The notes: generated by a model not told the origin, from the sequence alone. A stretch of 64,000 nt of DNA from Oscillospiraceae bacterium (GCA_015064245.1 SVSQ01000001.1:11433-75432); one strand, 5' to 3'; positions 17,073 to 27,289 are shown, counted from the stretch's first letter. Numbers and translations are program-made.

Positions 17073-18700
17073 ACCTCAAGCTGTTCAAGTCTGGAGGATT
17101 TCTTCTCCATCTTGGGAAGCTCAAAGAGGTACTCGCCCTTTTCATCCAGCTTCTTCTCTGCGAAGTGACAAGCCACGAAGTGACCGGGCTCCACCTCTAC
17201 CAGCGGAGGCTGAGCGCACTTGCACTTTTCGCAAGCCATAAAGCATCTGGTGTGGAACTTACAGCCGTCCGGGGGACGAATGGGGCTGGGAATGTTACCC
17301 TCAAGAATGATACGTTCCTTGTTCAGATCGTCGGGGTCTGTGGTGGGGATAGAGGAAAGGAGCGCGACGGTATAGGGATGGCGCGGATCCTTGAATATCT
17401 CCTCGGAGGGAGCAAGCTCGACTATGTTTCCAAGATACATTACGGCGATTCTGTCCGAAATGTAACGAACGACGGAAAGGTCGTGAGAGATGAACATATA
17501 AGTGAACTTCTCTTTTTGCTGAAGCTCCTGAAGCAGATTGATGATCTGGGACTGGATGGAAACGTCAAGGGCGGATACGCACTCGTCGCAAACCACGAAC
17601 TTAGGCTTGACCGCCAAAGCTCTCGCGATGCAGATACGCTGACGCTGTCCGCCGGAGAACTGGTGGGGATAACGGTGAAGCATATAATCCTGAAGACCGC
17701 AGTCGCGCATGGTCTGAAGGATGTACTCCTGCATCTTGGAAGAACCGTGCTTGAAGAAGTTGTGAGTGACAAGACCTTCCTCGATTATCTGACCGATGGT
17801 CATTCTGGGATCGAGCGAAGAATAGGGGTCCTGGAAAATGATCTGCAGGTCTTTGCGGAGATGACGCATCTCGCTGTACTTGAGGCGCGCAAGGTCGACT
17901 CCGTCGTCCAGCATCTCCTCGTACTTCGCAAATTCCGCGTTATCCGCGTGCTTAGCCTTCAGCGCGTTCAGCTCTTCCTTTATAGCGGGCTTTTTAGCCT
18001 CAAGAGCCTCAATGCTGTCAGCGATACGTTCTATTTTCGCCTGAGAAGCAGTTATCTTCTTCTCGATGGATGCAGTATCCTTGCCTTCCTCTGCGAGATC
18101 GTCCTTTTGAGTGTGAAGAAGCTCGATCTCTGCGGCAAGATCCGCGATCTTATGGTTATACTTGGCGATAGCGACGTTGATGTGATGCTCCTTGAGAAGC
18201 ACCTTAGCGCTCTGCTCCAGTTCGTCCGTAACTATAAATCCGCCCATGATCTTTACGATGTTCATAAGGGCAGAACGGGCGTTCGCAACTGCAAGATTCT
18301 TCTCCTGAAGCTTATAGAAGGTGGCGCTGTCTCCGAGAGCGTCGCATTCTGCAGTCAGCTTATCTGCCAGCGCCTGAGCATTCTTGTACTTTGTAAGATA
18401 TTTGCTTGCGTTTTTCAGCGTATGCTCGATATAGTACGGAGCGACCTCAGAAAGAGTTCTGCCGTAGTACATAGCCGAGCCTGCAGTCTGTTCGTAAAGC
18501 TGGAGAAGAACTCTTCCGAGAGTGGACTTACCGCATCCGGACTCGCCCACGATACCGACAGTCTCTCCCTCGTAAATGTCGAGAGTTATCTCCTCGTTTG
18601 CTCTGACGTAAAGGCTCTCCTTCTGGAAAAGAGAACTTTTTGCCACAGGGAAATACTTTTTAAGGTCTGTAATCGACAGTAATTTTCTTGTGTTCGGCAC
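17063..18700 (-). CDS. OppF/DppF-type ABC ATPase with ~190-aa coiled-coil insertion
   Basis: I chose the GTG start at 18700 (RBS aaggagga), because the longer track ORF would overlap the upstream gene by 236 nt. It has Walker A GESGCGKST, Q-loop IIFQDPY, signature FSGGQRQR, Walker B VVCDECVSALD, and the C-terminal CKFHTRC oligopeptide-transporter tail. Confidence 0.8.
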   Translation of the reverse strand: MPNTRKLLSITDLKKYFPVAKSSLFQKESLYVRANEEITLDIYEGETVGIVGESGCGKSTLGRVLLQLYEQTAGSAMYYGRTLSEVAPYYIEHTLKNASKYLTKYKNAQALADKLTAECDALGDSATFYKLQEKNLAVANARSALMNIVKIMGGFIVTDELEQSAKVLLKEHHINVAIAKYNHKIADLAAEIELLHTQKDDLAEEGKDTASIEKKITASQAKIERIADSIEALEAKKPAIKEELNALKAKHADNAEFAKYEEMLDDGVDLARLKYSEMRHLRKDLQIIFQDPYSSLDPRMTIGQIIEEGLVTHNFFKHGSSKMQEYILQTMRDCGLQDYMLHRYPHQFSGGQRQRICIARALAVKPKFVVCDECVSALDVSIQSQIINLLQELQQKEKFTYMFISHDLSVVRYISDRIAVMYLGNIVELAPSEEIFKDPRHPYTVALLSSIPTTDPDDLNKERIILEGNIPSPIRPPDGCKFHTRCFMACEKCKCAQPPLVEVEPGHFVACHFAEKKLDEKGEYLFELPKMEKKSSRLEQLEVMK

Positions 18701-19691
18701 TTCTTCTCTCCTCCTTCTTAGGATAAAAACATCTGATAAACTGACCGTCTGTGTTTTCACGCAGCTCCGGCTCTTGATCGATACATTTCTGTGTGCAATA
18801 CTTACATCTGGGCGCGAACTTACATCCCTTGGGAAGCGCCAGCGGATGAGGCACGTTACCGGGAATAGGCTCCAGCTTTTCTCCCATATTGTCAAGTCTT
18901 GGGATGGACATCATAAGTCCTTCCGTGTAGGGATGGCTGAACTCGCAATCCGTAAATATCATTCTTGCGGACGTCTTTTCAACTACCTGACCGCAGTACA
19001 TAACTACCACGTCGTCAGCCATCTCGTTGATAACGCCCAGGTCGTGAGTGATGAATATGATAGACGTTCCGTTATCTCGCTGCAGATCGTTCATAAGTCG
19101 AAGGATCTGAGCCTGAATGGTAACGTCAAGGGCGGTAGTAGGCTCGTCTGCGATAAGTATCTTAGGACGGCAGGCAAGCGCCATAGCGATCATAACTCTC
19201 TGGCGCATACCGCCCGAAAGCTGATGAGGATACTGACGGAGCACCGCCTCAGGGTTAGGTATCTGAACCGCCTCGAGCATTTTGAGAGCTTCCTCAGCCG
19301 CCTGCTTTTTATTCATACCCTGGTGGATCATAAAGGGCTCGGAGAGCTGCTTTTTGACCGTGAATACAGGGTTGAGCGAGGTCATGGGCTCCTGAAAGAT
19401 AACGGAAATCTTGTTGCCTCTTATGCTCTGCATATCGGCTATGGGCATTTTGGTAAGCTCTTTGACCTCTCCGTCAATGTCGAACAGTATCTCGCCGGAC
19501 TCGATATATCCGTTTCCGTCCAGAAGACGGAGGATACTCATAGCCGAAACGCTCTTTCCCGATCCGGACTCACCCACGATACCGATGGTCTTTCCGGGCT
19601 CAAGGGTATAAGAAACGTCGTTTACCGCTTTTACTATACCTTTTTTGGTAGTGAAATATGTGTGTAGATTTTTAACTTCAAGTAGTGGCAT
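18660..19691 (-). CDS. OppD/DppD-type ABC ATPase
   Basis: The start is [13 protein letters not shown] (ATG at 19691). It has [28 protein letters not shown] and the C-terminal CKFAPRC. Confidence 0.85.
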   Translation of the reverse strand: MPLLEVKNLHTYFTTKKGIVKAVNDVSYTLEPGKTIGIVGESGSGKSVSAMSILRLLDGNGYIESGEILFDIDGEVKELTKMPIADMQSIRGNKISVIFQEPMTSLNPVFTVKKQLSEPFMIHQGMNKKQAAEEALKMLEAVQIPNPEAVLRQYPHQLSGGMRQRVMIAMALACRPKILIADEPTTALDVTIQAQILRLMNDLQRDNGTSIIFITHDLGVINEMADDVVVMYCGQVVEKTSARMIFTDCEFSHPYTEGLMMSIPRLDNMGEKLEPIPGNVPHPLALPKGCKFAPRCKYCTQKCIDQEPELRENTDGQFIRCFYPKKEERRSAEHKKITVDYRP

Positions 19692-19811
19692 ATTTATGAC
19701 CATTCCTTTCTTACGCCAAACAGCGTTTTGCGGCGGTATGCCCTACGGGGCGTCTCTGAACGGGTTCAGAAGCCGCAAAAGGCGTGGTTTGAAAATTCAT
19801 TTTCAAACTAA

Positions 19812-21848
19812 TTACCTCCCTTGACTGGACTTGGGGTCCATAACGTCACGAAGCGCGTCTCCGATGATGTTGATGCAAATGGTGGTTATCATCAGGAATA
19901 TAGCGGGGAACAGCCACTGCCACCAGTAATTCTGGATAACGACGGAGTTACTGGAGCCGTTCAGCATATTACCCCAGGTAGGACGGGGGAGCGCTACGCC
20001 GAATCCCAAGTAAGAAAGCGAGGATTCCGTAAGCATACAGCTTGCAAAGTCCAGAGTCATAGAAACTATGATTATAGAAATAACGTTAGGAAGGATGTGC
20101 TTGAAAGCGATCTTCCATTCAACGACGCCCATAGCCTTTGCCGCGGTAACGAATTCCTTCTCACGCTCGGCGAGGACCTGACCTCTGACCAGACGTGCAA
20201 GTCCGGGCCATGACAGAACGCCGAGGATCACCATTATCAGAATTATTCTTGTGATCTCGGAAAGTCCCATAGTAGCGACTATCAGAGAAAGTATCAACGC
20301 AAATGGCATGAAGGGGATCGCCGAAACGACCTCAGCTATACGCATAAGCAGCATATCCAGCCATCCGCCGAAGTATCCGGACAGACATCCGACGATGATA
20401 CCGATGATGGAAGAAATGATAACAGCGATAGCGCCGACAGTCATTGTAAGACGCCCGCCGTTTACTATACGCTCCCAGATGTCTCTTCCGAAGTTATCCG
20501 TACCCATAAGGTAGCCCTTAAGTCCCCAGCTGTCGATAAGATCGCCTTCGGCATCTACCGCATACGTCTGGAAAGGTCCAACGAATATCTCTGAAACACC
20601 TGAAATACCGCTCGGAACCTTGGACTGCTTCAAAGTATTGCTACCCCAGGAGTAAACAGTTCCCTTATCCGTAAGAGCGACGTAATGCTTCTGACCGCCC
20701 ATAATATTTACGATCTTTTCGCCCTCAGCAAACTGAGGAACGATATTCTCGCCGTTCGCGCATACACCGGAAACAAGGACCGTACCGTCGTCAAGAACGA
20801 AGGCAGCAGAGCTTCCCGCAGCGCCTATATCAACGACCTTTCGGCCGTTCTCTTCGATATAATCACGGAGCTTTACACGGGTGCTTACGCCGTTCACGTC
20901 AACGTAAGTGTAATCGAAGCTCGACGTTCCGTCGGTGGAATAGGTTCCGTCCTTGAGAAGAAGAACGGCGTACTCCGTGGTGAACACCAGCTTTTCAACG
21001 TTATTATACTTTTTGACGGCTGCAAGGTTTGTAGCGCCTATACTGTGGTTACCCCAGATATAGAACTTACCGTCGTTCATAACGATACCGCTGACCTGCT
21101 TACCGCAGACTACCTGCTTGATCTGAGCGGGATCGAGATTTCCATTAAGCACGTCAGAAGGCGCGAAGGTATAAAGGAAACCGAGAGTTGCGTTGCCTTC
21201 GGGAATAGGACCGTACTGACCGTTCGCATTCTGTCCCCAGCCGTAGACCTTTCCGTCGTCACCGACAGCAATTATATGATCCGTACCTGCCGCAACGTGA
21301 ATGATATTAGCGTTCTTAACCTCTTCCGGGATCTTACTTACGTCGGAGAGCAATGTCTTTGTATGTCCCCAAACGTAGACGTTTCCGTCCTCGGAAAGAC
21401 CTACCGAGAAGGTAGAGTTTGAGGAGATAGTTTTGATCTGTCCCTTCATTTCCTTGGGAACTGACATCATATTAAGACCGGGAGCAACGTTCTGCTGAGA
21501 CGTTTCGATATACGAAAGGTCGATAGGATAGATGAACGGTCCCACCAGCATCAGAAGGAACATTGCAAAGAATACCACGAGAGCGCCTACAGCCAGCTTC
21601 TTTTGGAAGAACGCCTTGACTCTCTGCTTTCCGGGGCTTTCGATCTTTTCGACAGCGAAGATATCGTCATCCTTGTTTTCTTCGTCGTCACCGTTATTCA
21701 TTTCATTATAAAGGGCGTTAGCGCCGCCGAAAAAGGTTCTCTTGAACCAACGGCTCAGTGTAGCAAACGCGCCGGTTGTTTTCTTATTTTCAGAAGCTTT
21801 GGAGGTTACCGCGTCTTCTTTTTTGTTTTTATTCTTATTCTCTTCCAC
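19812..21848 (-). CDS. OppC/DppC-type ABC permease with RCC1-repeat domain inserted in the first extracytoplasmic loop
   Basis: The GTG start is at 21848 (RBS aaaggaggg). TM1 is LAVGALVVFFAMFLLMLVGPFIY. About 300 aa of repeats follow (GNVYVWGH, GKVYGWGQNANGQYG, GKFYIWGN, GTVYSWGSN). The canonical core comes next: GTDNFGRDIW..VGAIAVIISS..EFVTAAKAMG. Confidence 0.8.
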   Translation of the reverse strand: MEENKNKNKKEDAVTSKASENKKTTGAFATLSRWFKRTFFGGANALYNEMNNGDDEENKDDDIFAVEKIESPGKQRVKAFFQKKLAVGALVVFFAMFLLMLVGPFIYPIDLSYIETSQQNVAPGLNMMSVPKEMKGQIKTISSNSTFSVGLSEDGNVYVWGHTKTLLSDVSKIPEEVKNANIIHVAAGTDHIIAVGDDGKVYGWGQNANGQYGPIPEGNATLGFLYTFAPSDVLNGNLDPAQIKQVVCGKQVSGIVMNDGKFYIWGNHSIGATNLAAVKKYNNVEKLVFTTEYAVLLLKDGTYSTDGTSSFDYTYVDVNGVSTRVKLRDYIEENGRKVVDIGAAGSSAAFVLDDGTVLVSGVCANGENIVPQFAEGEKIVNIMGGQKHYVALTDKGTVYSWGSNTLKQSKVPSGISGVSEIFVGPFQTYAVDAEGDLIDSWGLKGYLMGTDNFGRDIWERIVNGGRLTMTVGAIAVIISSIIGIIVGCLSGYFGGWLDMLLMRIAEVVSAIPFMPFALILSLIVATMGLSEITRIILIMVILGVLSWPGLARLVRGQVLAEREKEFVTAAKAMGVVEWKIAFKHILPNVISIIIVSMTLDFASCMLTESSLSYLGFGVALPRPTWGNMLNGSSNSVVIQNYWWQWLFPAIFLMITTICINIIGDALRDVMDPKSSQGR

Positions 21849-21862
21849 GATAGATCCCTCCT

Positions 21863-22882
21863 TTACTTATTTACACGGACACGGGGGTCAACCAGACCGT
21901 ACGCAAGGTCGATGAGAAGGTTACCCGCAAGTCCAAGAACGACGTAGAACATCTGAAGAGCCATAGCGACCTCATAGTCCTTCGTATTAAGAGCGGTAAT
22001 GTAAACTTTACCGAGACCGTTCAGACCGAACATGTTCTCGATGATAAGAGAGCCGGAGAAGATTCCGAGGAACCAGCCGATAACAAGAGTAACGATCGGA
22101 ATGAGAGCGTTTCTCCATGCGTGGCTGTATATAACGACCTTTTCCTTGAGTCCCTTTGCTCTTGCCGTACGGATGCAGTCCATAGACAGAGCCTCGATCA
22201 TGGAAGAACGAACGTAACGCGTCATTCCGCCAAGAGACGAGAAGGTCATAACTATCAGAGGCAGAGCCATATAGTAGAGCTTGTCAAGAAAAGCTCTGAA
22301 TCCTGTGAAGTTTGAGTTTGGCGTGCTCATACCTGCGACGGGGAAAAGCTTTAATTGAACGGCGAAAAGCCAAATAAACAAAATAGCGATAATAAAGGAA
22401 GGAATAGAGTAGCCGACGATAGTACCTACCTGTACTGCCGTATCGCGCTTGCTTCCCTTTTTGACCGCGCAGAAAATACCCAGCGGTATAGTGATACCGA
22501 GAGCGAGAATAGTTGCGAAAATATTTATAAATACAGTATTCTTGAGAGGCTCTTTCAGAAGACCGAGCACGTCGTCGGTGCTGTAGTTATAGCTGTATCC
22601 GAAGTTACCCTGAAGAAGACCGTCAAATTGACCGTCGATAGGCGCAAGTCCCATCCAGTACAAGTATCTCATGGGAAGCGGCTCATCGAGACGCATCTTC
22701 TGTCTGAGCGCCTGATAAACTTCCTCGTATCGACCTTCCTTCTGGAGCTGGACCTCCTGACCCTGCAGACGAAGCGCCGCATAGTCGATATCTATAAAGT
22801 TATAGATCGTGTACAAAAAGAAAGAAAGAATAAATGCGACTATAACTATATATACAAGACGTTTTAGTATATATTTTAACAT
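21863..22882 (-). CDS. OppB/DppB-type ABC permease
   Basis: It starts MLKYILKRLVYIV, has the EAA-loop region IRTARAKGLKEKVV, and ends DLAYGLVDPRVR. RBS is aaaggaga. Confidence 0.85.
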   Translation of the reverse strand: MLKYILKRLVYIVIVAFILSFFLYTIYNFIDIDYAALRLQGQEVQLQKEGRYEEVYQALRQKMRLDEPLPMRYLYWMGLAPIDGQFDGLLQGNFGYSYNYSTDDVLGLLKEPLKNTVFINIFATILALGITIPLGIFCAVKKGSKRDTAVQVGTIVGYSIPSFIIAILFIWLFAVQLKLFPVAGMSTPNSNFTGFRAFLDKLYYMALPLIVMTFSSLGGMTRYVRSSMIEALSMDCIRTARAKGLKEKVVIYSHAWRNALIPIVTLVIGWFLGIFSGSLIIENMFGLNGLGKVYITALNTKDYEVAMALQMFYVVLGLAGNLLIDLAYGLVDPRVRVNK

Positions 22883-22986
22883 AAGTTCTCCTTTTATTCA
22901 AAAGAGCTACGGCGAGTTGAACCGTAGCTCTTCTGATTTCAAGTGTTCAGCAAACGGTAGGAGCCGTCTGCCCTTTGCCGTACAAA

Positions 22987-25116
22987 TTACTGAGCTGTCT
23001 TATCGTAGCAGTAAACGATTGCGTTTGCAACGCCCCAGTCGGGGTTAACCTCGTAGCCGCCGATCTTAGCGTTGTAAAGATCGTGGTAAAGGTCAGAGTA
23101 AAGTGTGATCTCGGGAAGAACGTAGTTCCAACGAACGATGTAATCCATCCAGTAGTCCTTGAACTCTTCCTTGTTTGCTGCCTTGTAAACCATATCCCAA
23201 GAAAGCTCGTCGAGCTCCTTGTCAGCGAAGTAACCCATGTTACCCTGAGACATGTACATGTTCCAGATAGCGTCGATCATCTCGTTCTCTTCTGCTGTGT
23301 ACTTGGAAGCGTCTGCCTCTGTGTAGGTAGCGCCCTCGCAAGGAGCAACACCTGCGTAAACGAGGTTGGAGTTGGAGTACTTGGTCATCCAGTAACCTGC
23401 GTAGTCGTAAATAGGAGTGAAGCCTGTAGCAAGGTTGAACATGCTGTACTTAGGCTTGGAGTAGTCACCTGTTCTGTAGATAACCTCAAGAAGAATGGAG
23501 AAGTCCATAACATCCTGGCTGATTACCATACCTGCCTGAGCTGTTGTTGTAGCTTCCTTGAGCATAACAACGAGGAGCTCGGAAACAGGGTTGTCGGGAG
23601 TGGAAGCCCAGTTGAGTGCGAGAGGCATATAGTAGTCCTCGCCAACCTTAACTGTCTTGTACTCTGTAGCGCCGCACTGATAAGTAGCGTTATCGTTAAC
23701 AGCAGCCTCAGCAGCTGTGAGCTTCTTGTAACGGATACCTGTTGTGTAAGCGGAACCGTCCTTGTTGTAAACCCATCCGTCCTCTTCGAGGAGCTCGATA
23801 GCCTTATCAACGGAGAACTCATATGCATTGAGCTTAGGATCAAGCTCATCCTTTGTTTCCTGGTACATCCAGCTAGCAAGACCGTAGGGACCCTTTACAA
23901 GGCTACCATAACCACCGGTGTATGTGGAAGCGAATGTATTCTTATCGAGAAGGTGGCTGAGAGCGTGACGAACCTTAACGAACTGTGTAGGACCGTAGTC
24001 GTTCATAAGCTGAAGCTTACCGTAACCTGCTCTGAGGTAGTTGGTAACAGCGTACTTCTCGGGGTTAGCGTTAACGAGTGCGAGAGCTGCGTTGATATCG
24101 TCGCCGCCTGCGAGGCCTGCGATAACGTCAACACCGCCGCTCTGGAACTGGTCGAGCTGAGTCTCGGAAATAACCTTAACGTAGGAAAGATCCTTGATGT
24201 GAGGCTTCTGACCCTCGAAGTTTCCGAGGTACTGATCGTTGATTGTAAGAGTAGCAACGTGTGTGCTCTTATCCCAGTTTACGAACTTGTAAGGACCGGA
24301 GCAGGGACGCTCTGTAGTAGCGTAACGAGCCTTCTCGATCTGAGCAGCCTTAACGTACTTATCAGCGCCTGTCTCGTCCTTGGTCTTCTCATACCACTTC
24401 TCTGTGAGGTATGCGCCCTGACCGTCGTCCTTAACGTCTACGTCATCGCCGATCCAAAGCTTAACGGACATAGGAGAGAATGTAGCGTAGGTTGCCTCGT
24501 AGTAGTAGGGGAAGTAGTCAGCCTTCATTGTGTAGGAGAAGGTGTAATCGTCGTAAAGTCTGATACCGGAGAAAGGAGTGGGAGCGGTAGCTGCGTTGTA
24601 CTCAGCGTGGCCAACGTAGGAAGTACCGCCAACTGCCTTAACGCCTGCGTCAAGACATACGGGAGATGCCATTACGAGAGAATAAACAACGTAATCCTTA
24701 GCGGTGATTGCAGAACCGTCGGAATACTTAAGGTTATCATTGATGGTAACCTTGAATGTCTTGGAACCGTCGTCGTTGTCGATGATTTCGTAGCTCTTAA
24801 CAACAACCTTGGTGTCCCAAACGTATTCGCCTGCTTTTGTCTGCTGTACGCAAGCGTAGCCGTTTGTGAGGTCGCGGACGTCCTTGTCAGCCGCGTTGTT
24901 ACCCCATGTGGAAGAAGCGAAGTCGCTTCCGGAGAGTTCTGTGGTGCTACCGATGATCGCGGAGCCGCCTACCTTAACGGTATCGGTCGTCTCGTCGCCA
25001 CCGGGTGTCTTATCAGGATTCTCATCCTTGTTACAGGAGATCATGCTGACTGTAGCGCCTGCAATCATAGCGAAACAGAGAAGCATGCTGATAAGCATCT
25101 TGAGAGATCTTTTCAT
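22987..25116 (-). CDS. family-5 (OppA-like) ABC substrate-binding lipoprotein, 709 aa
   Basis: The signal plus lipobox-like sequence is MKRSLKMLISMLLCFAMIAGATVSMISC. The body is typical of peptide/nickel-type binding proteins. It heads the opp-like operon. Confidence 0.8.
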   Translation of the reverse strand: MKRSLKMLISMLLCFAMIAGATVSMISCNKDENPDKTPGGDETTDTVKVGGSAIIGSTTELSGSDFASSTWGNNAADKDVRDLTNGYACVQQTKAGEYVWDTKVVVKSYEIIDNDDGSKTFKVTINDNLKYSDGSAITAKDYVVYSLVMASPVCLDAGVKAVGGTSYVGHAEYNAATAPTPFSGIRLYDDYTFSYTMKADYFPYYYEATYATFSPMSVKLWIGDDVDVKDDGQGAYLTEKWYEKTKDETGADKYVKAAQIEKARYATTERPCSGPYKFVNWDKSTHVATLTINDQYLGNFEGQKPHIKDLSYVKVISETQLDQFQSGGVDVIAGLAGGDDINAALALVNANPEKYAVTNYLRAGYGKLQLMNDYGPTQFVKVRHALSHLLDKNTFASTYTGGYGSLVKGPYGLASWMYQETKDELDPKLNAYEFSVDKAIELLEEDGWVYNKDGSAYTTGIRYKKLTAAEAAVNDNATYQCGATEYKTVKVGEDYYMPLALNWASTPDNPVSELLVVMLKEATTTAQAGMVISQDVMDFSILLEVIYRTGDYSKPKYSMFNLATGFTPIYDYAGYWMTKYSNSNLVYAGVAPCEGATYTEADASKYTAEENEMIDAIWNMYMSQGNMGYFADKELDELSWDMVYKAANKEEFKDYWMDYIVRWNYVLPEITLYSDLYHDLYNAKIGGYEVNPDWGVANAIVYCYDKTAQ

Positions 25117-25210
25117 TTTGATATCCTCCTAAATTATTCCCGAACCGCCTTTTGAGCGTATCCGGGGGCGTGTGTTTTATAAAATTTTATTTCACGCCTA
25201 AATAGTTGTT

Positions 25211-25239
25211 ATTATATCACATTTTTATTCATTTGTCAA
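25211..25239 (-). promoter_or_regulatory. sigma-A type promoter for the opp-like operon
   Basis: The minus strand reads TTGACA - 17 nt - TATAAT, ~95 nt upstream of the ATG at 25116. Confidence 0.65.
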
Positions 25240-25374
25240 GGGTTTTATCGCAAATTCTCGTATTTTTATTCGTTTTCATATATTTTACTCACCTCAATAT
25301 AATATTCTTGGCTATAAAAAAACCAATTTTTCCCAAAAAATTTCGATCAAAATCAAAAAACTTGAGAATTTCTA

Positions 25375-25403
25375 TTGCAATATTTCTCAAAATATTATAT
25401 AAT
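25375..25403 (+). promoter_or_regulatory. sigma-A type promoter for pepF
   Basis: The plus strand reads TTGCAA - 17 nt - TATAAT, ~70 nt upstream of the ATG at 25472. Confidence 0.6.
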
Positions 25404-25471
25404 TATCTAAACTGCGTTCAGCGCAGAACGTAAATACACAAATCATATAATATATAGAATGGAGAAAAAAT

Positions 25472-27232
25472 ATGTATAACGAATGGTCTCTTGAAAAGCT
25501 TTACAAAAGCGCAGATGATCCGCAGATCGAAGCGGATATGAAAAAGATAGAGGAATGCGTAGCCGAATACAAAGCGGCAGTAGCGGCTCTTGACGCCGAA
25601 AACGCGACCGCTACTTTAAGAAAAGCCATGGACATTTCCGAAACGGCAAACTTACTGCTCAGAAAGCTCGCCGGCTTCTTCAGCCTCCGCCGTTCCACAA
25701 ACGCAAGCGACACCGCAGGCGCAACGTATATGACCAAGCTGCACGCGCTCATGGCGTCCAACGCCAAGGAAAGAGTCATCTTTGACAAGTTCGTAGGCTC
25801 TCTGCCCGACCTTGACGCAGTAATAGCAAAAGATGAGGTGCTTTCTGAATATAAATTCCATTTTGAAGAGATAAAGCAGTCCGTCTCTCACAATATGAGC
25901 GACGAGGCTGAGGAGGTCTTCGCCAAGATGAGCATCAGCGGCGGAAGCGCGTGGGGAGATTTGTTCTCTTACCTTACCGCGGGAGTCGAGGTCGATTACA
26001 AGGGCGAAAAGACCACACTCTCCGCTATCCGCGGACTTGCCGAAAGCGACGACGCAACGGTGCGCCGCGAAGCATACGAGGCTGAGATCGCTTGTTATTC
26101 CAAGATCCGCGACTCCATCGCCTTCTCTCTCAACAGCATCAAGGCTCAGGTAAACACAGAAGCAGAGCTTCGCCGTTACGACTCCCCTCTCGATATGACT
26201 CTCGCAGACTCCAGAATGGACCGCGCTACCCTCGAGGCTATGCTGGAAGCGATGAGAGAATACCTGCCCAAGTTCCACGAGTATCTCCGCCACAAAGCGA
26301 AACTCCTCGGTCACGAAAACGGTCTCCCTTGGTACGACCTCTTCGCTCCCATGGGCAGATCCTCCACGGCTGAGTTCACCGTCGAGGACGCGCACAAGTA
26401 TCTGGTGGAGCATTTCAATAACTTCGCGCCTGACCTTGCCGAGATGGTCGATAGAGCGTTCAAGGAGGAATGGATAGATTTCTTCCCGAGATCGGGAAAG
26501 GTAGGCGGCGCGTTCTGCTCAAATCTTCCTTTTATTAAAGAGAGCCGTATCCTGACGAACTTCTCCGGCAGCTTCGGATCGGTAGTTACGCTTGCCCACG
26601 AGCTCGGACACGCTTACCACGGTCAGCAGATCCAGGATCACCGTCCTCTCAATACCGGTTACACCATGCCCGTAGCGGAGACCGCTTCCACCTTCAACGA
26701 GCTGATAATCGTAAACGACGCTATCGCTCAGTCCGAGGGCGAAGAGAAGATCGCTCTTATCGAAAGCCAGCTTCAGGACTGCACGCAGATAATCGCGGAC
26801 ATCTATTCCAGATTCCTCTTCGAGGACGAGGTCATCCGCCGCAGAAAGGACAAGTTCATGTTCGCTCCCGAGCTTGAGGAGATAATGCTGAACGCTCAGA
26901 AGGAAGCCTACGGCGACGGACTTGACCATAACTGTCTCCACCCGTACATGTGGTGCTGCAAGAGTCACTACTACCGCGCAGGTCTCAGCTACTACAACTT
27001 CCCTTACGCCTTCGGCGGACTCTTCGCCCGCGGACTCTACGCAAAATATCTTGAGGAGGGCGAGGCGTTCCTGCCAAAATACCGCAAGCTCCTCAACGCT
27101 ACCACCGTTGATACGGTCGAGGGCGTAGCCGGCATCGCTGGCATCGACCTTACCAAGCCTGAATTCTGGCGCGCAAGCCTGCAGACCATCGCAGACAGCA
27201 TCGACGAGTTTATAAAAGAGACGTCTAAATAA
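25472..27232 (+). CDS. pepF: M3-family oligoendopeptidase F
   Basis: This is a 586-aa ORF with the zinc site TLAHELGHAYHG and a downstream E (ETASTFNE). Length and layout are typical of PepF/M3B. Confidence 0.85.
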   Translation: MYNEWSLEKLYKSADDPQIEADMKKIEECVAEYKAAVAALDAENATATLRKAMDISETANLLLRKLAGFFSLRRSTNASDTAGATYMTKLHALMASNAKERVIFDKFVGSLPDLDAVIAKDEVLSEYKFHFEEIKQSVSHNMSDEAEEVFAKMSISGGSAWGDLFSYLTAGVEVDYKGEKTTLSAIRGLAESDDATVRREAYEAEIACYSKIRDSIAFSLNSIKAQVNTEAELRRYDSPLDMTLADSRMDRATLEAMLEAMREYLPKFHEYLRHKAKLLGHENGLPWYDLFAPMGRSSTAEFTVEDAHKYLVEHFNNFAPDLAEMVDRAFKEEWIDFFPRSGKVGGAFCSNLPFIKESRILTNFSGSFGSVVTLAHELGHAYHGQQIQDHRPLNTGYTMPVAETASTFNELIIVNDAIAQSEGEEKIALIESQLQDCTQIIADIYSRFLFEDEVIRRRKDKFMFAPELEEIMLNAQKEAYGDGLDHNCLHPYMWCCKSHYYRAGLSYYNFPYAFGGLFARGLYAKYLEEGEAFLPKYRKLLNATTVDTVEGVAGIAGIDLTKPEFWRASLQTIADSIDEFIKETSK

Positions 27233-27250
27233 TCACTTATGCAAAAAGAA

Positions 27251-27289
27251 AAAGCCCTTGTGACGCGAACGCGTCACAAGGGCTTTTTC
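27251..27289. terminator. bidirectional rho-independent terminator (pepF / permease)
   Basis: The sequence aaaaagcccttgtgacgcgaacgcgtcacaagggcttttt has a ~14-bp stem flanked by A- and T-runs. Confidence 0.85.

Noticed and set aside
22975-25155. 726-aa plus-strand ORF covering the whole oppA-like gene
   Set aside because: It is Val/Cys/Leu-rich low-information sequence with no RBS. The minus-strand frame has a clear lipoprotein signal and binding-protein body. It is an antisense shadow ORF.
25240-25374. CodY box in the divergent opp/pepF control region
   Set aside because: The best candidate, aatttcgatcaaaat, has about four mismatches to AATTTTCWGAAAATT. That is too weak to call in an AT-rich region.
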